From Felis catus (lineage: Eukaryota), in the NCBI RefSeq assembly GCF_018350175.1, contig NC_058383.1, forward strand, positions 17,176,001 to 17,240,000: 64,000 nt of DNA. Reading direction: 5' to 3'. Position 1 is the stretch's first letter. Each line of letters starts with the position of its first letter. Shown here piece by piece: positions 24,720-36,545 of this stretch. The notes beneath the pieces were generated by a model. The model was not told the DNA's origin. It saw nothing but the letters and a program-made list of their open reading frames with translations, and searched no databases. The position numbers and the translations under genes are program-made.

Positions 24720-25695
24720 TGATATCAGGGAAATGCAAATCAAAACTACAATGAGATATCACCTTGGGGGCACCTGGGTGGCTCAGTTGGTTAAGCATCT
24801 GACTTTGGCTTAGGTCGTGATCTTGTGGTTCGTGAGTTCTCTCGGTTGTCAGCACGCTTCCGATCCTCTGTCTCCCTCCCTCTCTCTCTGTCCCTCCCCT
24901 GCTTGTGCACATGCTCTCTCTCTCTCAAAAATAAATAAACATTAAAAAAATAATGAGATATCACCTTATACCTATCAAAATGGCTAAAATCGAAAAACAC
25001 AAGAAACAACAGGTATTGGTGAGGATATGGAGAAAGGGGAACCCTCACGCACTGTTGGTAGGATGCAAACTAGCGCAGCCACTCTGGAAAACAGTATTGA
25101 GTTTCCCCAAAAAGTTAAAAATAAAGCTATACTACGATCCAGCAATTGCACTACTGGATATTTACCCAAAGAATGCAAAACCAATAATTCAAAGGGATAC
25201 ATGCACCCCAATGCTTACAGCAGCATTATCTACAATAGCCAAATTATAGAAGAAATCCAATTGTTCATCAACTGATGAATGGATAAAGAAGATATGGTGT
25301 ATTCTGAGCCTGGCTGGCTCAGTCAGTGGAGTGTGTGACTCTTGATCTTGGGTTGTGAGTTCAAACCCCACACTGGGTGTAGAGACTACTTAAAAATAAA
25401 ATCTTAAAAAAAAGATGATGATGATGATAATATGATATATATATATACACATATATATGTATATGCACACACATACACGATGGAATATTAATAGCCATAA
25501 AAAAGAATGAAATCTTGCTGTTTGCAACGACATGGGTGGAGTTAGAGACTATTATGCTAGGTGAAATAAGTCAGAGAAAGACAAATACTGTATGATTTCA
25601 CTCATATGTGGAATTTAAGAAACCAAGCAATAAGCGAAGGGACAAAAAAAGAGAAAGGCAAACTAAGAAACAGATTCTTAACTATAGAGAACAAA
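24720..25695 (+). mobile_element. L1 3' fragment interrupted by two SINEs (intron 2)
   Basis: ORF2 C-terminal remnants; SINE at 24767-24950 with TSD aatgagatatcacctt. Confidence 0.8.
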
Positions 25696-26344
25696 AACTT
25701 TTTTCTAAATTTCCATATGTGAAAAACTACCATATACAAAGTTAAAGGACAAACAATAAACTGGTGAGAGGGAGATTAGCAACTCATGCCACAGACTACT
25801 TTCCTCAATATAGTCAGAGCTCCTACAAATCAATAAAGAAAAAAGAAATAAAACAATAGAAAAATGGGCAACAAATAAGAAAAAGGTTCACAGAAAAGGA
25901 AATACATTTCTCATTTAAAAACAAGTGCAATTTAAGGGGCACCTGCATGACTCCTGGGTAACTCAGTCAGTTGAGCATCCAGCTCTTGGTTTCAGCTCAG
26001 GTCATGATCTCACAGTTCATGAGTTTGAGTCCCTGACATAGCAGACCCTGCTTGGGATTCTGTCTCCCTCTCTGCCTGCCCCTCTCCTGCTCTCTCGCTC
26101 TGTCTCTCAAAATAAATAAACGCTTTAAAAAATAAAAATAAAAAATAAAAATAAGGGGCACCTGGGTGGCTAAGAGTCTGACTTCTGTTCAGTCATGATC
26201 TCAAAGTTTGTGAGTTAGAGCATCACACAGGGCTCTGCGTTGACAGTGAGGAGCCTATTTCAGATCCTCTGTCTCCCTCTCTCTCTGCCCCTTCCCAACT
26301 CGCACACATGAGCACCTGCACATTCTCTCTCTCAAAAATAAATA

Positions 26345-26375
<31 letters not shown>

Positions 26376-26899
26376 ATGCAATTTAAAACTAAATTGAGAT
26401 ACCATATCTAACCTATTCAATTTGCAAAGATCAAGAAGTTTGATTACACATTGGGTTGGCAGGTGGGTGGGGAAGTAAGTGTTTCCATAAATTTCTGGTG
26501 TAAGTGCAAACTGTTTCCACCTCCATCCAGGGTAATCTGGAAACATCTATTAACATCACATATGCATTCCTTTGATTCAGGAATCCTAGTTCTAGGAATT
26601 TGCTTCAAAATATACTCACACATGTACAAAAGGACAGCATTTTTCGCATCACAAAAATTTGGAAACAATCTAATGTCTATTAAGAAGAGATTTAAATGTA
26701 ATATCAATGTAAACTATAGTACCTCAAAATAATAGAATATGATGCAAGAATTTAAAAGAATGAGTTAGGGGGCACCTGGGTGGCTCAGTTGGTTAAGTGT
26801 CCAACTTCAGCTCAGGTCATGATCTCATGGTTTGTGGTTCTAGTCCCACATCAGGCTCTGTGCTCACCAGAGCCTGAAGCCTGCTTCAGATTTGTGTCT

Positions 26900-26938
<39 letters not shown>

Positions 26939-27081
26939 CCTCCCCTGCTTGTGTTCTCTCTCTCTCAAAAATAAATAAACATTTAAGAAAAATTTTTTAA
27001 GAATGGGTAAAGTTTTTATGCATGTATCTGGGAAAATTACCAAGCTCTATTAAGAAAAAAAAATGCGAAGCTCAGAATAGA

Positions 27082-27290
27082 GCAGAGGCTGGCAAACTTT
27101 TTGTGCAAAGGTAATACTATTTCCATAATTCTTTTTATATAGGCAAATATTTTAGGCTTTGCAGGCCATATACTCCCTGTTGAAGCCTCTTGATTCTCCC
27201 ATTGTAGCTCCAAAGTGTCCATAAACAACGAATAGCAAGTTGGGATGAGGATGGGATCAATAAAATTTATTTACAAAAATAGGCAGCAGT
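27082..27290. mobile_element. MER58-like hAT-Charlie MITE; a second copy at about 28275-28650
   Basis: ggcaaacttttt...aatattttaggctttgcaggcc...aataaaattttatttacaaaaa hallmarks. Confidence 0.7.
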
Positions 27291-27615
27291 AGTTTGAATA
27301 CAATGTGTGCTACAAATTGTGTGGGGAATGGGAGTTAAGGAAATTTGGAGGTACACACAACATAGACTCTGCAAGGACCCACAAGAAACCATTTAACAGG
27401 GAACCTCCTGGGTAAAGAATGGGGGAAGGGAGTATGTGCTGAGGAGACTTTTTACTATTGCACTCTTTAGGATCTTTTGAATTTAGAACTCTCTATCTGT
27501 ATTACCTATACAAAAAGTAAATCAAGAAAAAAATCCACAAAATTGTGATTTTTTTTTCAAGTATATAAGTGTTAAAGAGAAGTGTAATACAGAGACCTCC
27601 ACATGTGGTCCTTAC

Positions 27616-27724
27616 CGGGATCCCTCAAGCTGGACCACACTTTGCCCGAAGCCCGCTGCATTCTCTTGGAATAGCGTTGCATGCTTAGTATCCAGGTTGA
27701 ACCCATGACATAATAAGGCCAAGG
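27616..27724 (-). CDS. ITGAM: ITGAM exon 2 (109 nt): ALALLCHG|FNLDTKHATLFQENAAGFGQSVVQLEGSR
   Basis: Acceptor ttccag| and donor |gtaagg; FNLD is the mature N-terminus of integrin alpha chains. Confidence 0.96.
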
Positions 27725-27782
27725 CTGGAAGGAGGAGAAAGCCTGAGGATCAGGAGGACATAAGGAGATAAGAAAGCAACTT

Positions 27783-28113
27783 GGATGTGAGGGTGATCTG
27801 GCTGCGACATCTGTCACTCCATTGATTGCCAGGGTTGATTCGGCTGATTTGACTGGCTAGGCGGGTGTCTCCTTCCTCCCTCACCGCTCCATGTGCTTCC
27901 CTCCCAAAGTTGCGCGCTCGGTCGAAGAGGACGACCTTCCCTGACAGAGGAGGACCGTTCTTCCGCCACAAGTATATGAGTAGCTGCGCTCCCATGCTAG
28001 AACCTCCAAACAAGCTCTCAAGGTCCATTTGTAGGAGAACGTAGGATAGTCAAGCTTCCAAGACTCCAGACACATCCAAATGAGGCGCTGCACGTGGCAG
28101 TCTGCCTTTCTTT
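27783..28113 (+). pseudogene. Full-length (331 nt) 7SK snRNA processed pseudogene in ITGAM intron 1
   Basis: Runs from GGATGTGAGGG to GGCAGTCTGCCTTTCTTT, collinear with 7SK. A-rich tail at 28114-28164; TSD aaagcaactt at 27773-27782 and 28165-28174. Confidence 0.95.
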
Positions 28114-29249
28114 ATAAAAATAAAAATAACACTAATAATAATAAAAATAAATAAATTTTTTAAAAAAGCAACTTGCCCTCCTGCTCTGTGCATCTACCTG
28201 CTGGAATTCACCCTAACCCAGCATGGAGATATCTGCCTCCCAGGTCCAACTGTCTTACTGTCCAACTGTCTGAAGTGGAGGTTGGCACACTTTTTCTATA
28301 AAGGGCCAGATAGTAAATATTTTAGGTTTTGTGGGCCAAGAAGCAAGTAGAGTACATTAGGTAAGTACTTACACAACAAGAGAGAAAATGTATTTCCACA
28401 AATTTTTCACTAGGGAAATTCAAAATATAATAATTGAGTACAGCTTTTTTGTAATATAAATTTACTAATGAGACAAATGGAATTCTTTTGGGAAAATAAC
28501 GTGTCACTTCACCGGGATTCAGAGTTAGCTTTCCTTATCATGAATCAATTGCAAATGTTCACCTGAGACCTATGGCTCACAGTACAAAAACAGGTAGGGG
28601 AATCCATGCCTTATGGCCACAGGCATAAGTTACTTTGCTGACTCTTGGCCCAAAGACCACTAATATGGGGTACAATCAGTCCCTCTCTGAGCTCCACCCT
28701 ATGCTCCTACCCTGCTGATTTGCCTAACAAGTTCTTAAAGACTCTCTATTAGGCAATTTCCTTCGTATGCAACTCTCAAGCATTTTTTTTTCCTTTATTT
28801 GGCTCATTCTCCACAAAGCACAGGCATGAAAGGAAGCAGATTTGAATCATTTTGGTTATTCAACAAACATTTACACCTGGTTCCTTGGAAAATAGAACTG
28901 TAGACAAAGTGGAGATGGTAAAATGGAATCCAAGAAACACTCTGAGAATCCAATATATGTTGACTTTTGGGCATATCATTCCACCTGTCTGGGACCTCAG
29001 TTTCCTCATCTGTAAAGTGAAGGGGACAGCCAAGCCCCATTGCATTGTCTGTAAAGTTAAATATTCATCCAAGCTTCTCTGGTCATCCCATCTTGGTCTA
29101 GTTCTCTCTGCTTCTTAAATCCCTTGTCCTTCCTCAAATTCCCCCATCTAACTCCTAGATATTCTGTGCCCTCTCTCTCCACTCAGAGACTCAAAAGGTC
29201 CCCGTCTCCTCACTCTGATCACCCCACCACCACCAAGTCCCTAGGGTAC

Positions 29250-29277
29250 CTGTTAACAGAAGAACTCTGTGAGTCAT
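29250..29277 (-). CDS. ITGAM: Integrin alpha-M (CD11b) exon 1, coding part (28 nt): MTHRVLLLT(A)
   Basis: Minus strand reads gctATGACTCACAGAGTTCTTCTGTTAACAG|gtaccc. Matches the ITGAM signal-peptide start; the phase-1 end fits exon 2. Confidence 0.93.
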
Positions 29278-29356
29278 AGCTGGAGGGAGCAGAAACTGTG
29301 GAGCTGGATGCACCACTGAGCCACTTCAAGAAAGCCACCAAAGACAGGAAGGACAG

Positions 29357-29367
29357 AAAAGGAGAAG
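29357..29367 (+). promoter_or_regulatory. PU.1 (SPI1) site AAAAGGAGAAG of the CD11b core promoter
   Basis: Exact match to the PU.1 element described at about -20 of human CD11b; lies 80-90 bp upstream of the ATG. Confidence 0.85.
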
Positions 29368-29403
29368 TAGGAGGCAGAAGTCTATTAGAGATTCAAAGGA
29401 AGA

Positions 29404-29413
29404 GGGCGGGGGC
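29404..29413 (+). promoter_or_regulatory. Sp1 GC-box GGGCGGGGGC of the CD11b promoter
   Basis: GC-box about 40 bp upstream of the PU.1 site, the same spacing as the human -60 Sp1 site. No TATA box seen. Confidence 0.8.
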
Positions 29414-29574
29414 TTAGTGAGCACAGTCCTGCTCAACCTTCTTCCTTGGACTACAAACAGCCTGTGCTCCCTCCCTAACCATATTCCTGGCCCAAACCAA
29501 CAAGATCCCTGTCCCAAGGTATTCTTTGTCCACCCGCTTCTAGGGTTGGCCAAGCATTATGAAAAGCAACCTGA

Positions 29575-29762
29575 GGGGTGCCTGGGTGGCTCAGCTTGTT
29601 GACCATCTGACTCTTGATTTTGGCTCAGGTCATGATCCCAGGGTCCTGGGATCAAGTCCTGTGACAGGCTCACACTGAGTGTGGAGCCTGCTTACTTGGA
29701 GCCTGCTTAAGATTCTCTCCCTCCACCCCTCTCCCCTGCCTCTTGCTCATCCTCTCTCTCTA

Positions 29763-29794
<32 letters not shown>

Positions 29795-29830
29795 AATATA
29801 ATAAATAAATATATATATACATTTAAAAAA
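29575..29830 (+). mobile_element. Can-SINE about 160 bp upstream of the Sp1 site
   Basis: TSD gaaaagcaa(c/g)ctga. Confidence 0.88.
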
Positions 29831-30328
29831 GAAAAGCAAGCTGAAGAAACTTAGGGTCTGCCTCCTGGAACATGTGTCTAAACTAATATTAATACAAACC
29901 AAGCATATGTGGACAGTCACACTGTGTCTCTCTGAAAGTACACTTTGCAAAATGTCCTTCCCTCCTGCCCAAGGAAATAGGAGTACCCTTCAGCCACAGC
30001 TGTCCTCCTTTTATAGCCATCAGAAAGGACAAGTCAGGTACAGAGAAACCCAGTGCTTTTTAAATATTATTTTGCTTTAAAAAAAGCCTCAAACACTTTG
30101 TCTAGGAGTTTTCACTTCCAGAAATTTATCCTAAAAAATAGTTGAGAAGTACAAAGATGTATTTACAAGCTTGTTCACTGTGGCATTGTTTTTAATAACA
30201 AAAAACTAGAATTGCTTCAATAGCCAACAACAGAGGGATGGTTGAATGATGTCTCACTCTGTGATACATCCTTACATTCCATCATGACTACTCACTTCTA
30301 AATCTGTTTTCAAAGACATAATTTCATG

Positions 30329-31690
30329 TGTTAACCTTCAAAACAAAACTGTCAGTTACTTTACCAGCAAAACTGGGTTTATTCAGGAATAATAGAAATT
30401 GTGATTTGGGACTTACAAGCTATGGCAAAACCAAGTCCCAAAAACAAAGGACAGGAAAGCTCTTTTATAGAGGAAAGAAATGAGTTGGGAAAGGCAGTTA
30501 TAAACAAAAACTCCATTGGAGTAAACTGGGAGTTCAAAGTATAGTGGCTTTTCATTCCTGAGTTGGGACATTTTCTCTCACTGACTGAGCTGTTGGTCAG
30601 CAAGGAAAAAATCTTTTAGGAGGAAAAAAATATAAAGTATAACTAGTAATTTATCCAAAGGATACAAAAGGGCTGATTCGAAGGGGCTGATGCATCCCAA
30701 TGTATATAGCAATGCAATCAACAATAGCCAAATTATGGAAAGAGCCCAAATGTCCACTGACTGATGAATAAAGAAGATGTAGTATATATATATGCAATGG
30801 AATACTACTTGATAATCAAAAAGAATGAAATTTTGCCATTTGCAACAACATAGATGGAACTAGAGGGTATTTTGCTAAGCGAAATAAGTCATTCAGAGAA
30901 AGACAAATATATGATTTGACTCCTATGTGGAATTTGAGAGACTCAACAGATGAACATAGGGAAGGGAAGGAAAAATAAGATAAAAACAGAGAGGGAAGCA
31001 AGTCAAAAGAGACTTTTAAATACAGAGAACAAATTGAGCATTGCTGGAGCTGGGTGGGTGGGGATGGGTTACATGGGTGATGGGAATTAAGGAGGGCACT
31101 TTTCAGGATGAGCACTGGGTGTCATATATAAGAGATGAATCACTGGGTTCTACTCCTGAAGCCAAGACTAACTACACTGTATGTTAACTAACTTGAATTT
31201 AAATTTAAAAAAGGAAAGAAAATATAAAGTATAAGTGTCTTCCTGTTGTGTAATGCAGTCCCTTTCTGTTGGAGCCTGCAAATGACCAGGAGCAGTGAGT
31301 GTGAGAGCTTCCCTTACTGTTTTCCTGAGTCCATTTTGTTTTTTTGAGAGAGACAGAGAGAGAAAATGAGTGAGTAGGAGAGAGGCAGAGGGAGAGAGAG
31401 AATCTTATGCAAGTTCCATGCCCAGCACAGGGCCCTATGCAGGGCTCAATTTCAGGGGCTCGATCTCACTATCTCACCACCAACTGTGAGACCATGACCT
31501 GAGCCCAAATTGAGAGTTGGAAGATTAACCAACTGAGCACCCCCTCCTGACTCCATTTTAAACGCAGCATTGGGGCACCTGGGTGGCTCAGTCGGCTTAC
31601 CATCCAACTTCGGCTCAGATCATGATCTTATTATTCATGGGTTCAAGCCCCGTGTCAGGCTCTGTGCTGATTGTGCAGACCCTGCTTGGG

Positions 31691-31734
<44 letters not shown>

Positions 31735-31830
31735 CCCCTCCCCCACTCGTGCTTTCTCTCTCTCAAGATAAATAATAAAAATATTAAAAATAAATACATA
31801 AATAAATGAGGTTTCCTTTATTTAGTCACA
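30329..31830 (-). mobile_element. ERV1-type solo LTR (MER34/carnivore-LTR-like) interrupted by one L1 and two SINEs
   Basis: TG...CA ends with 4-bp flanks catg/cata, minus-strand AATAAA near its 3' end, clear similarity to 61724-62159. Confidence 0.7.
30643..31218 (+). mobile_element. L1 3' end inserted into an LTR, with 16-bp TSD
   Basis: TSD aaaatataaagtataa at 30627-30642 and 31219-31234. Confidence 0.87.
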
Positions 31831-32037
31831 CATAAAATATATAGAACACCGAACTGCACCTTGTATATGACTACTAATGTGATTCCCCAAGCCAATAATT
31901 TTTTCACTCTATCTCTAACACATTTTCTCTTGCCCCTAGTCCTACCTGCTTAATAACCAGAGCAAATAAATATTTGTCCTCTTAAAAAAATCCATTAAAA
32001 ATCTGTACATTTTTAAAATATTTAAAATATTTTATTT

Positions 32038-32069
<32 letters not shown>

Positions 32070-32098
32070 TTTTCAGAGAGAGAATATGCACATGTACA

Positions 32099-33610
32099 AA
32101 AGGCCCCGAATAGCGAAAGTAATTTTGAAGAAGAAGACCAAAGCAGGAGGCATCATAATCCCAGATTTTAACCTCTACTACAAAGTTGTAATCATCAAGA
32201 CAGCATGGTATTGGCACAAAAACAGACACATAGACCAATGGAATAGAATAGAAACCCCAGAACTAGACCCACAAACGTATAGCCAACTAATCTTTAGGAA
32301 AGAACATCCAATGGAAAAAAGTCTCTTTAACAAATGGTGCTGGGAGAACTGGACAGCAACCTGCAGAAGATTGAAACTAGACCACTTTCTCACACCATTC
32401 ACAAAAATAAACTCAAAATGGATAAAGGACCTGAATGTGAGAGGAAACCATCAAAACCCTAGAGGAGAAAGCAGGAAAAGACCTCTCTGACCTCAGCCGT
32501 AGCAATTTCTTACTTGACACATCCCCAAAGGCAAGGGAATTAAAAGCAAAAATGAACTATTGGGACCTCATGAAGATAAAAAGCTTCTGCACAGCAAAGG
32601 AAACAAACAACAAAACTAAAAGGCAACCAACGGAATGGGAAAAGATATTTGCGAATGACATATCAGACAAAGGGCTAGTATCCAAAATCTATAAAGAGCT
32701 CACCAAACTCCACACCCGCAAAACAAATAACCCAGTGAAGAAATGGGCAGAAAACATGAATAGACACTTCTCTAAAGAAGACATCCAGATGGCCAACAGG
32801 CATATGAAAAGATGCTCAACTTCGCTCCTCATCAGGAAAATACAAATCAATACCACACTCAGATGTCACCTCATGCCAGTCGGAGTGGCCAAAATGAACA
32901 AATCAGGAGACTATAGATGCTGGAGAGGATGTGGACAAATGGGAACCCTCTTGCACTGTTGGTGGGAATGCAAACTGGTGCAGCCACTCTGGAAAACAGT
33001 GTGGAGGTTCCTCAAAAAATTAAAAATAGACCTACTTTATGACCCAGCAATAGCACTGCTAGGAATTTACCCAAGGGATACAGGAATACTGATGCATAGG
33101 GGCACTTGTACCCCAAGGTTGATAGCAGCACTTTCAACAATAGCCAAATTATGGAAAGAGCCTAAATGTCCATCAACTGATGAATGGATAAAGAAATTGT
33201 GGTTTATATACACAATGGAATACTACGTGGCAATGAGAAAGAATGAAATATGGCGCTTTGTAGCAACGTGGATGGAACTGGAGAGTGTTATGCTAAGTGA
33301 AATAAACCATACAGAGATAGACAGATACCATATGTTTTCACTCTTATGTGGATTCTGAGAAACTTAACAGAAACCCATGGGGGAGGGGAAGGGAAAAAAA
33401 AAAGAGGTTAGAGTGGGAGAGAGCCAAAGAATAAGAGACTCTTAAAAACTGAGAACAAACTGAGGGTTGATGGGGGAGGGAGGGAGGGGAGGGTGAGTGA
33501 TGGGTATAGAGGAGGGCACCTTTTGGGATGAGCACTGGGTGTTGTGTGGAAACCAATTTGACAATAAATTTCATACATTGAAAAAATAAAATAAAATAAA
33601 AATAAATTTT
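32099..33610 (+). mobile_element. 5'-truncated L1_Fc-type element with a very long TSD
   Basis: 268-aa ORF2 C-terminal ORF, 3'UTR and tail; flanks duplicated at 31984-32098 and 33611-33703. Confidence 0.93.
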
Positions 33611-34399
33611 AAAAATCCATTAAAAATCTGTACATTTTTTAAATATTTTATTTATTTATTTATTTATTTATTTATTTTCAGAGAGAGAATATGCAGTTGT
33701 ACATGAGTCGGGGAGGGGCAGAGAAACAGGAGAGGGAGAATCCTAAGCAGGCTCCATGCTGTCAGCACAGAGACCAACTCAGGGCTCCATCTTACAAACC
33801 GTGAGATCATTACCTAAGCAGATATCACAAGTCTGACGTTTAACTGACTAAGCCACTCAGCCACTCCTCTGTTCATTTTTTTCTAAAATTATTTATTTAG
33901 GGGTGCCTGGATGGCTTAGTTGGTTGAGCATCCAACTCTTGATTTTGGCTCAGGTCCCAGGGTCATGGGATTGGGCCCACTAAGCATGGAGCCTGCTTAA
34001 GATTCTCTCTCTATCTCCCTCTGCCTTTCCCCTGCTCTCTCTCCCTCTTTTTCAAAACTAATTAATTAATTAATTAACTTCTTTTAACATATATGTATGG
34101 AGGCTGCTGGGTGGCTCAGTTGATTAATTGTCCAGTTAATCATCCAACTCTTAGTTTCAGCTCAGGTCATGATCTCATCATTCATAAGTTAGAGCCCCAC
34201 ATCAGGCCCTGTGCTGTCAGTGCAGAGCCTGCTTGGGATTCTCTCTTTCTCCCTCTCTCTGCTCCTCCTTCTCTCTCTCCAAAAATAGATAAATAAACGT
34301 TTTAAATTAACTAACAACTAACTTTTTAAAAAGATAAAAATGTGTGTGTGTGTAAGAAAAGCAAAATGTTAATAATGGTTATCTCTAGACAGTGGATTA

Positions 34400-35235
34400 T
34401 GAGTTTGTTCCAATCATTTATTGCTGTGTAGCAAACCACTACAAATCTTTGTGACTTAAAACAGCAACTCATTGTGTGATGCTAAGTGAAATAAGCCATA
34501 CAGAGAAAGACAGATACCATATGGTTTCACTCTTAAGTGGATCCTGAGAAACTTAACAGGAACCCATGGGGGAGGGGAAGGGAAAAAAAAAAAGAAAAAA
34601 AAAAGAGGTTAGAGTGGGAGAGAGCCAAAGCATAAGAGACTCTTAAAAACTGAGAACAAACTGAGGGTTGATGGGGGGTGGGAGGGAGGAGAGGGTGGGT
34701 GATGGGTATTGAAGAGGGCACCTTTTGGGATGAGCACTGGGTGTTGTATGGAAACCAATTTGACAATAAATTTGATATATAAAATAAAAAAAAAAACATC
34801 AACTCATTGTCTCATTGTCCTGTGGGTTGTCTAGCTTCAGCTGTTCTCATAAAATCTAACATGGTTTCAGTCAGATCATGACTAAGGCTGGAATCATCCA
34901 AGGCTCAGTTGGGCTGGACTTACAAAATTGGTCACTCACATAACTGGCAGTGGTGCAGGTAGGGAGCTCATTTGGGGCTGTAAACTGAAGTACCTTCATG
35001 TGGCCTCTCTATATTCCTTGGGCTTTTCACAGCACAGTGATTAGAATTCAAGAATAAGTATTCCAAAAAACAATAATTGAAAGTGTCAAGCCTCATAAGG
35101 TTTTGACTTGGAAACTGTCACAGAGTCACTTCCACCATATTCTATTGGTCAAGCAGTCACAGATCTCATCCACATTCAAGGAGAGGGGACATAGATCCCA
35201 CTTCTCAATGTGAGTTGTGTCAAAGAATTGTGGTC
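34400..35235 (-). mobile_element. MaLR (MLT1-like) LTR; similar antisense remnant at about 63130-63520
   Basis: tattgctgtgtagcaaaccac...cacttccaccatattctattggtc motifs. Confidence 0.65.
34476..34792 (+). mobile_element. L1_Fc-type 3' end inside a MaLR LTR
   Basis: TSD aaaaca(g/t)caactcattgt at 34458-34475 and 34793-34810. Confidence 0.9.
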
Positions 35236-35924
35236 TATGAATTTTCTTCTGTAATTCTTTTGTATTTAAATTTTTTATACCAAAAAAATGACTTTTATGA
35301 TCAGAAAGAAAATAAAAACACCAGTAAATAATTTAAAACAACAAAGTGCCTATACCTATTAACAGGAAAAGGAGCTGAAGAAAGAGGAATAAGACCATAA
35401 GCTCTGGATGAGAGAATATCAGGGTGTGGAGGAGTAGTTTCATGAATATGCTTGGTTTGTTTTGGTAAAAGCTTTCACGCTCTGTTCCAGCTCAGGTCAC
35501 GATCTCACAGTTTATGAGTGCTAGCCCCACATCAGTCTCTGCACTGAGCTGGAGCCTGCTTAGGAATCTCTCTCTTCCTCTCTCTCTGCCCCTCCCCTGC
35601 TCATATGTGCTCTAGCGCTCTCTCTCTCTCTCTCTCTCTCAAAAATAAATAAGCTTTAAAAAAAAAAAAAAAAAGCTTTCACACTCTGACCACCACAGGA
35701 AGTTGCTATAGCTCAGACATGAGGGCCCTTTTTTGCCCTGAGCAGGGCCAAGCGTCCACTATGTATAAAGGCATAGATAAAATTTCAGAATAGCTATCCA
35801 AACCACGGAGACTTTCTCAATGACTCGGCAATGGGTGTGCACCTGACCAAGTGACCACAGGTGGGCACCTATTTATAGGGTCCCTGTCATTCCTTCCCAT
35901 CCATCCCCAGGCCCCCTCTTGATA

Positions 35925-36036
35925 AAATATTAGCTTGGGTTCCCCTAAAAATGGACCCTGAGACAAAGATCCAAGTGCAAGTAATTTATTTGGGAGGTGA
36001 TGCAAGAAACACTGGTGGGGAAGTGGGAATAGGAAG
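35925..36036 (-). mobile_element. ERVL LTR33/LTR16-like remnant, left half; resumes at about 38643-38920
   Basis: gggttcccc...gaccctgagacaaagat...aatttatttgggaggtgat and catgcctcaaagttatccacc...attggttgagggg resemble consecutive parts of one recalled consensus. Confidence 0.55.
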
Positions 36037-36227
36037 AATACCATAAAATTGTGTGATGCCTGGGTGGTTCAATGGGTTAAGCATCTGACCTCAGCTCAGG
36101 TCATGATTTCACAGTTCATTTGTTTGAGCCCCACATCAGGCTCTGGGATGACAGCTCAGAACTCAGAGCCTGGAGTCTGCTTCAGATTCTATATCTCCCT
36201 CTTTCTCTGCCCTTCCCCTGCTCGCAT

Positions 36228-36276
<49 letters not shown>

Positions 36277-36545
36277 AATTGAGAAGGAGAAAAGTGATGA
36301 ACCGTGGGAATCTACTCCTGAAGCTAAGAGCACACTGTATACGCTGTATGTTAGCTAACTTGAGAATAAATTATATTTTAAAAAAAGAATAAGAAACTGA
36401 TTTAGCAGATATGTTAAATACTAAGAACAGTGCCTGCTGCTTAGGATTACTACATGTACTGATAAATTTAAAAAAGAAATACCCATATTATAATTAGTGA
36501 GATTAAAGAAGGATTTTGTGTTTTTTCTAGGTAAAGTGAATTTTA

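Noticed and set aside
624..29277. ITGAX or ITGAD paralogue, or a pseudogene
   Set aside because: Motifs ([23 protein letters not shown], exon 1 and the promoter) fit ITGAM, and all 14 exons are in frame without stops.
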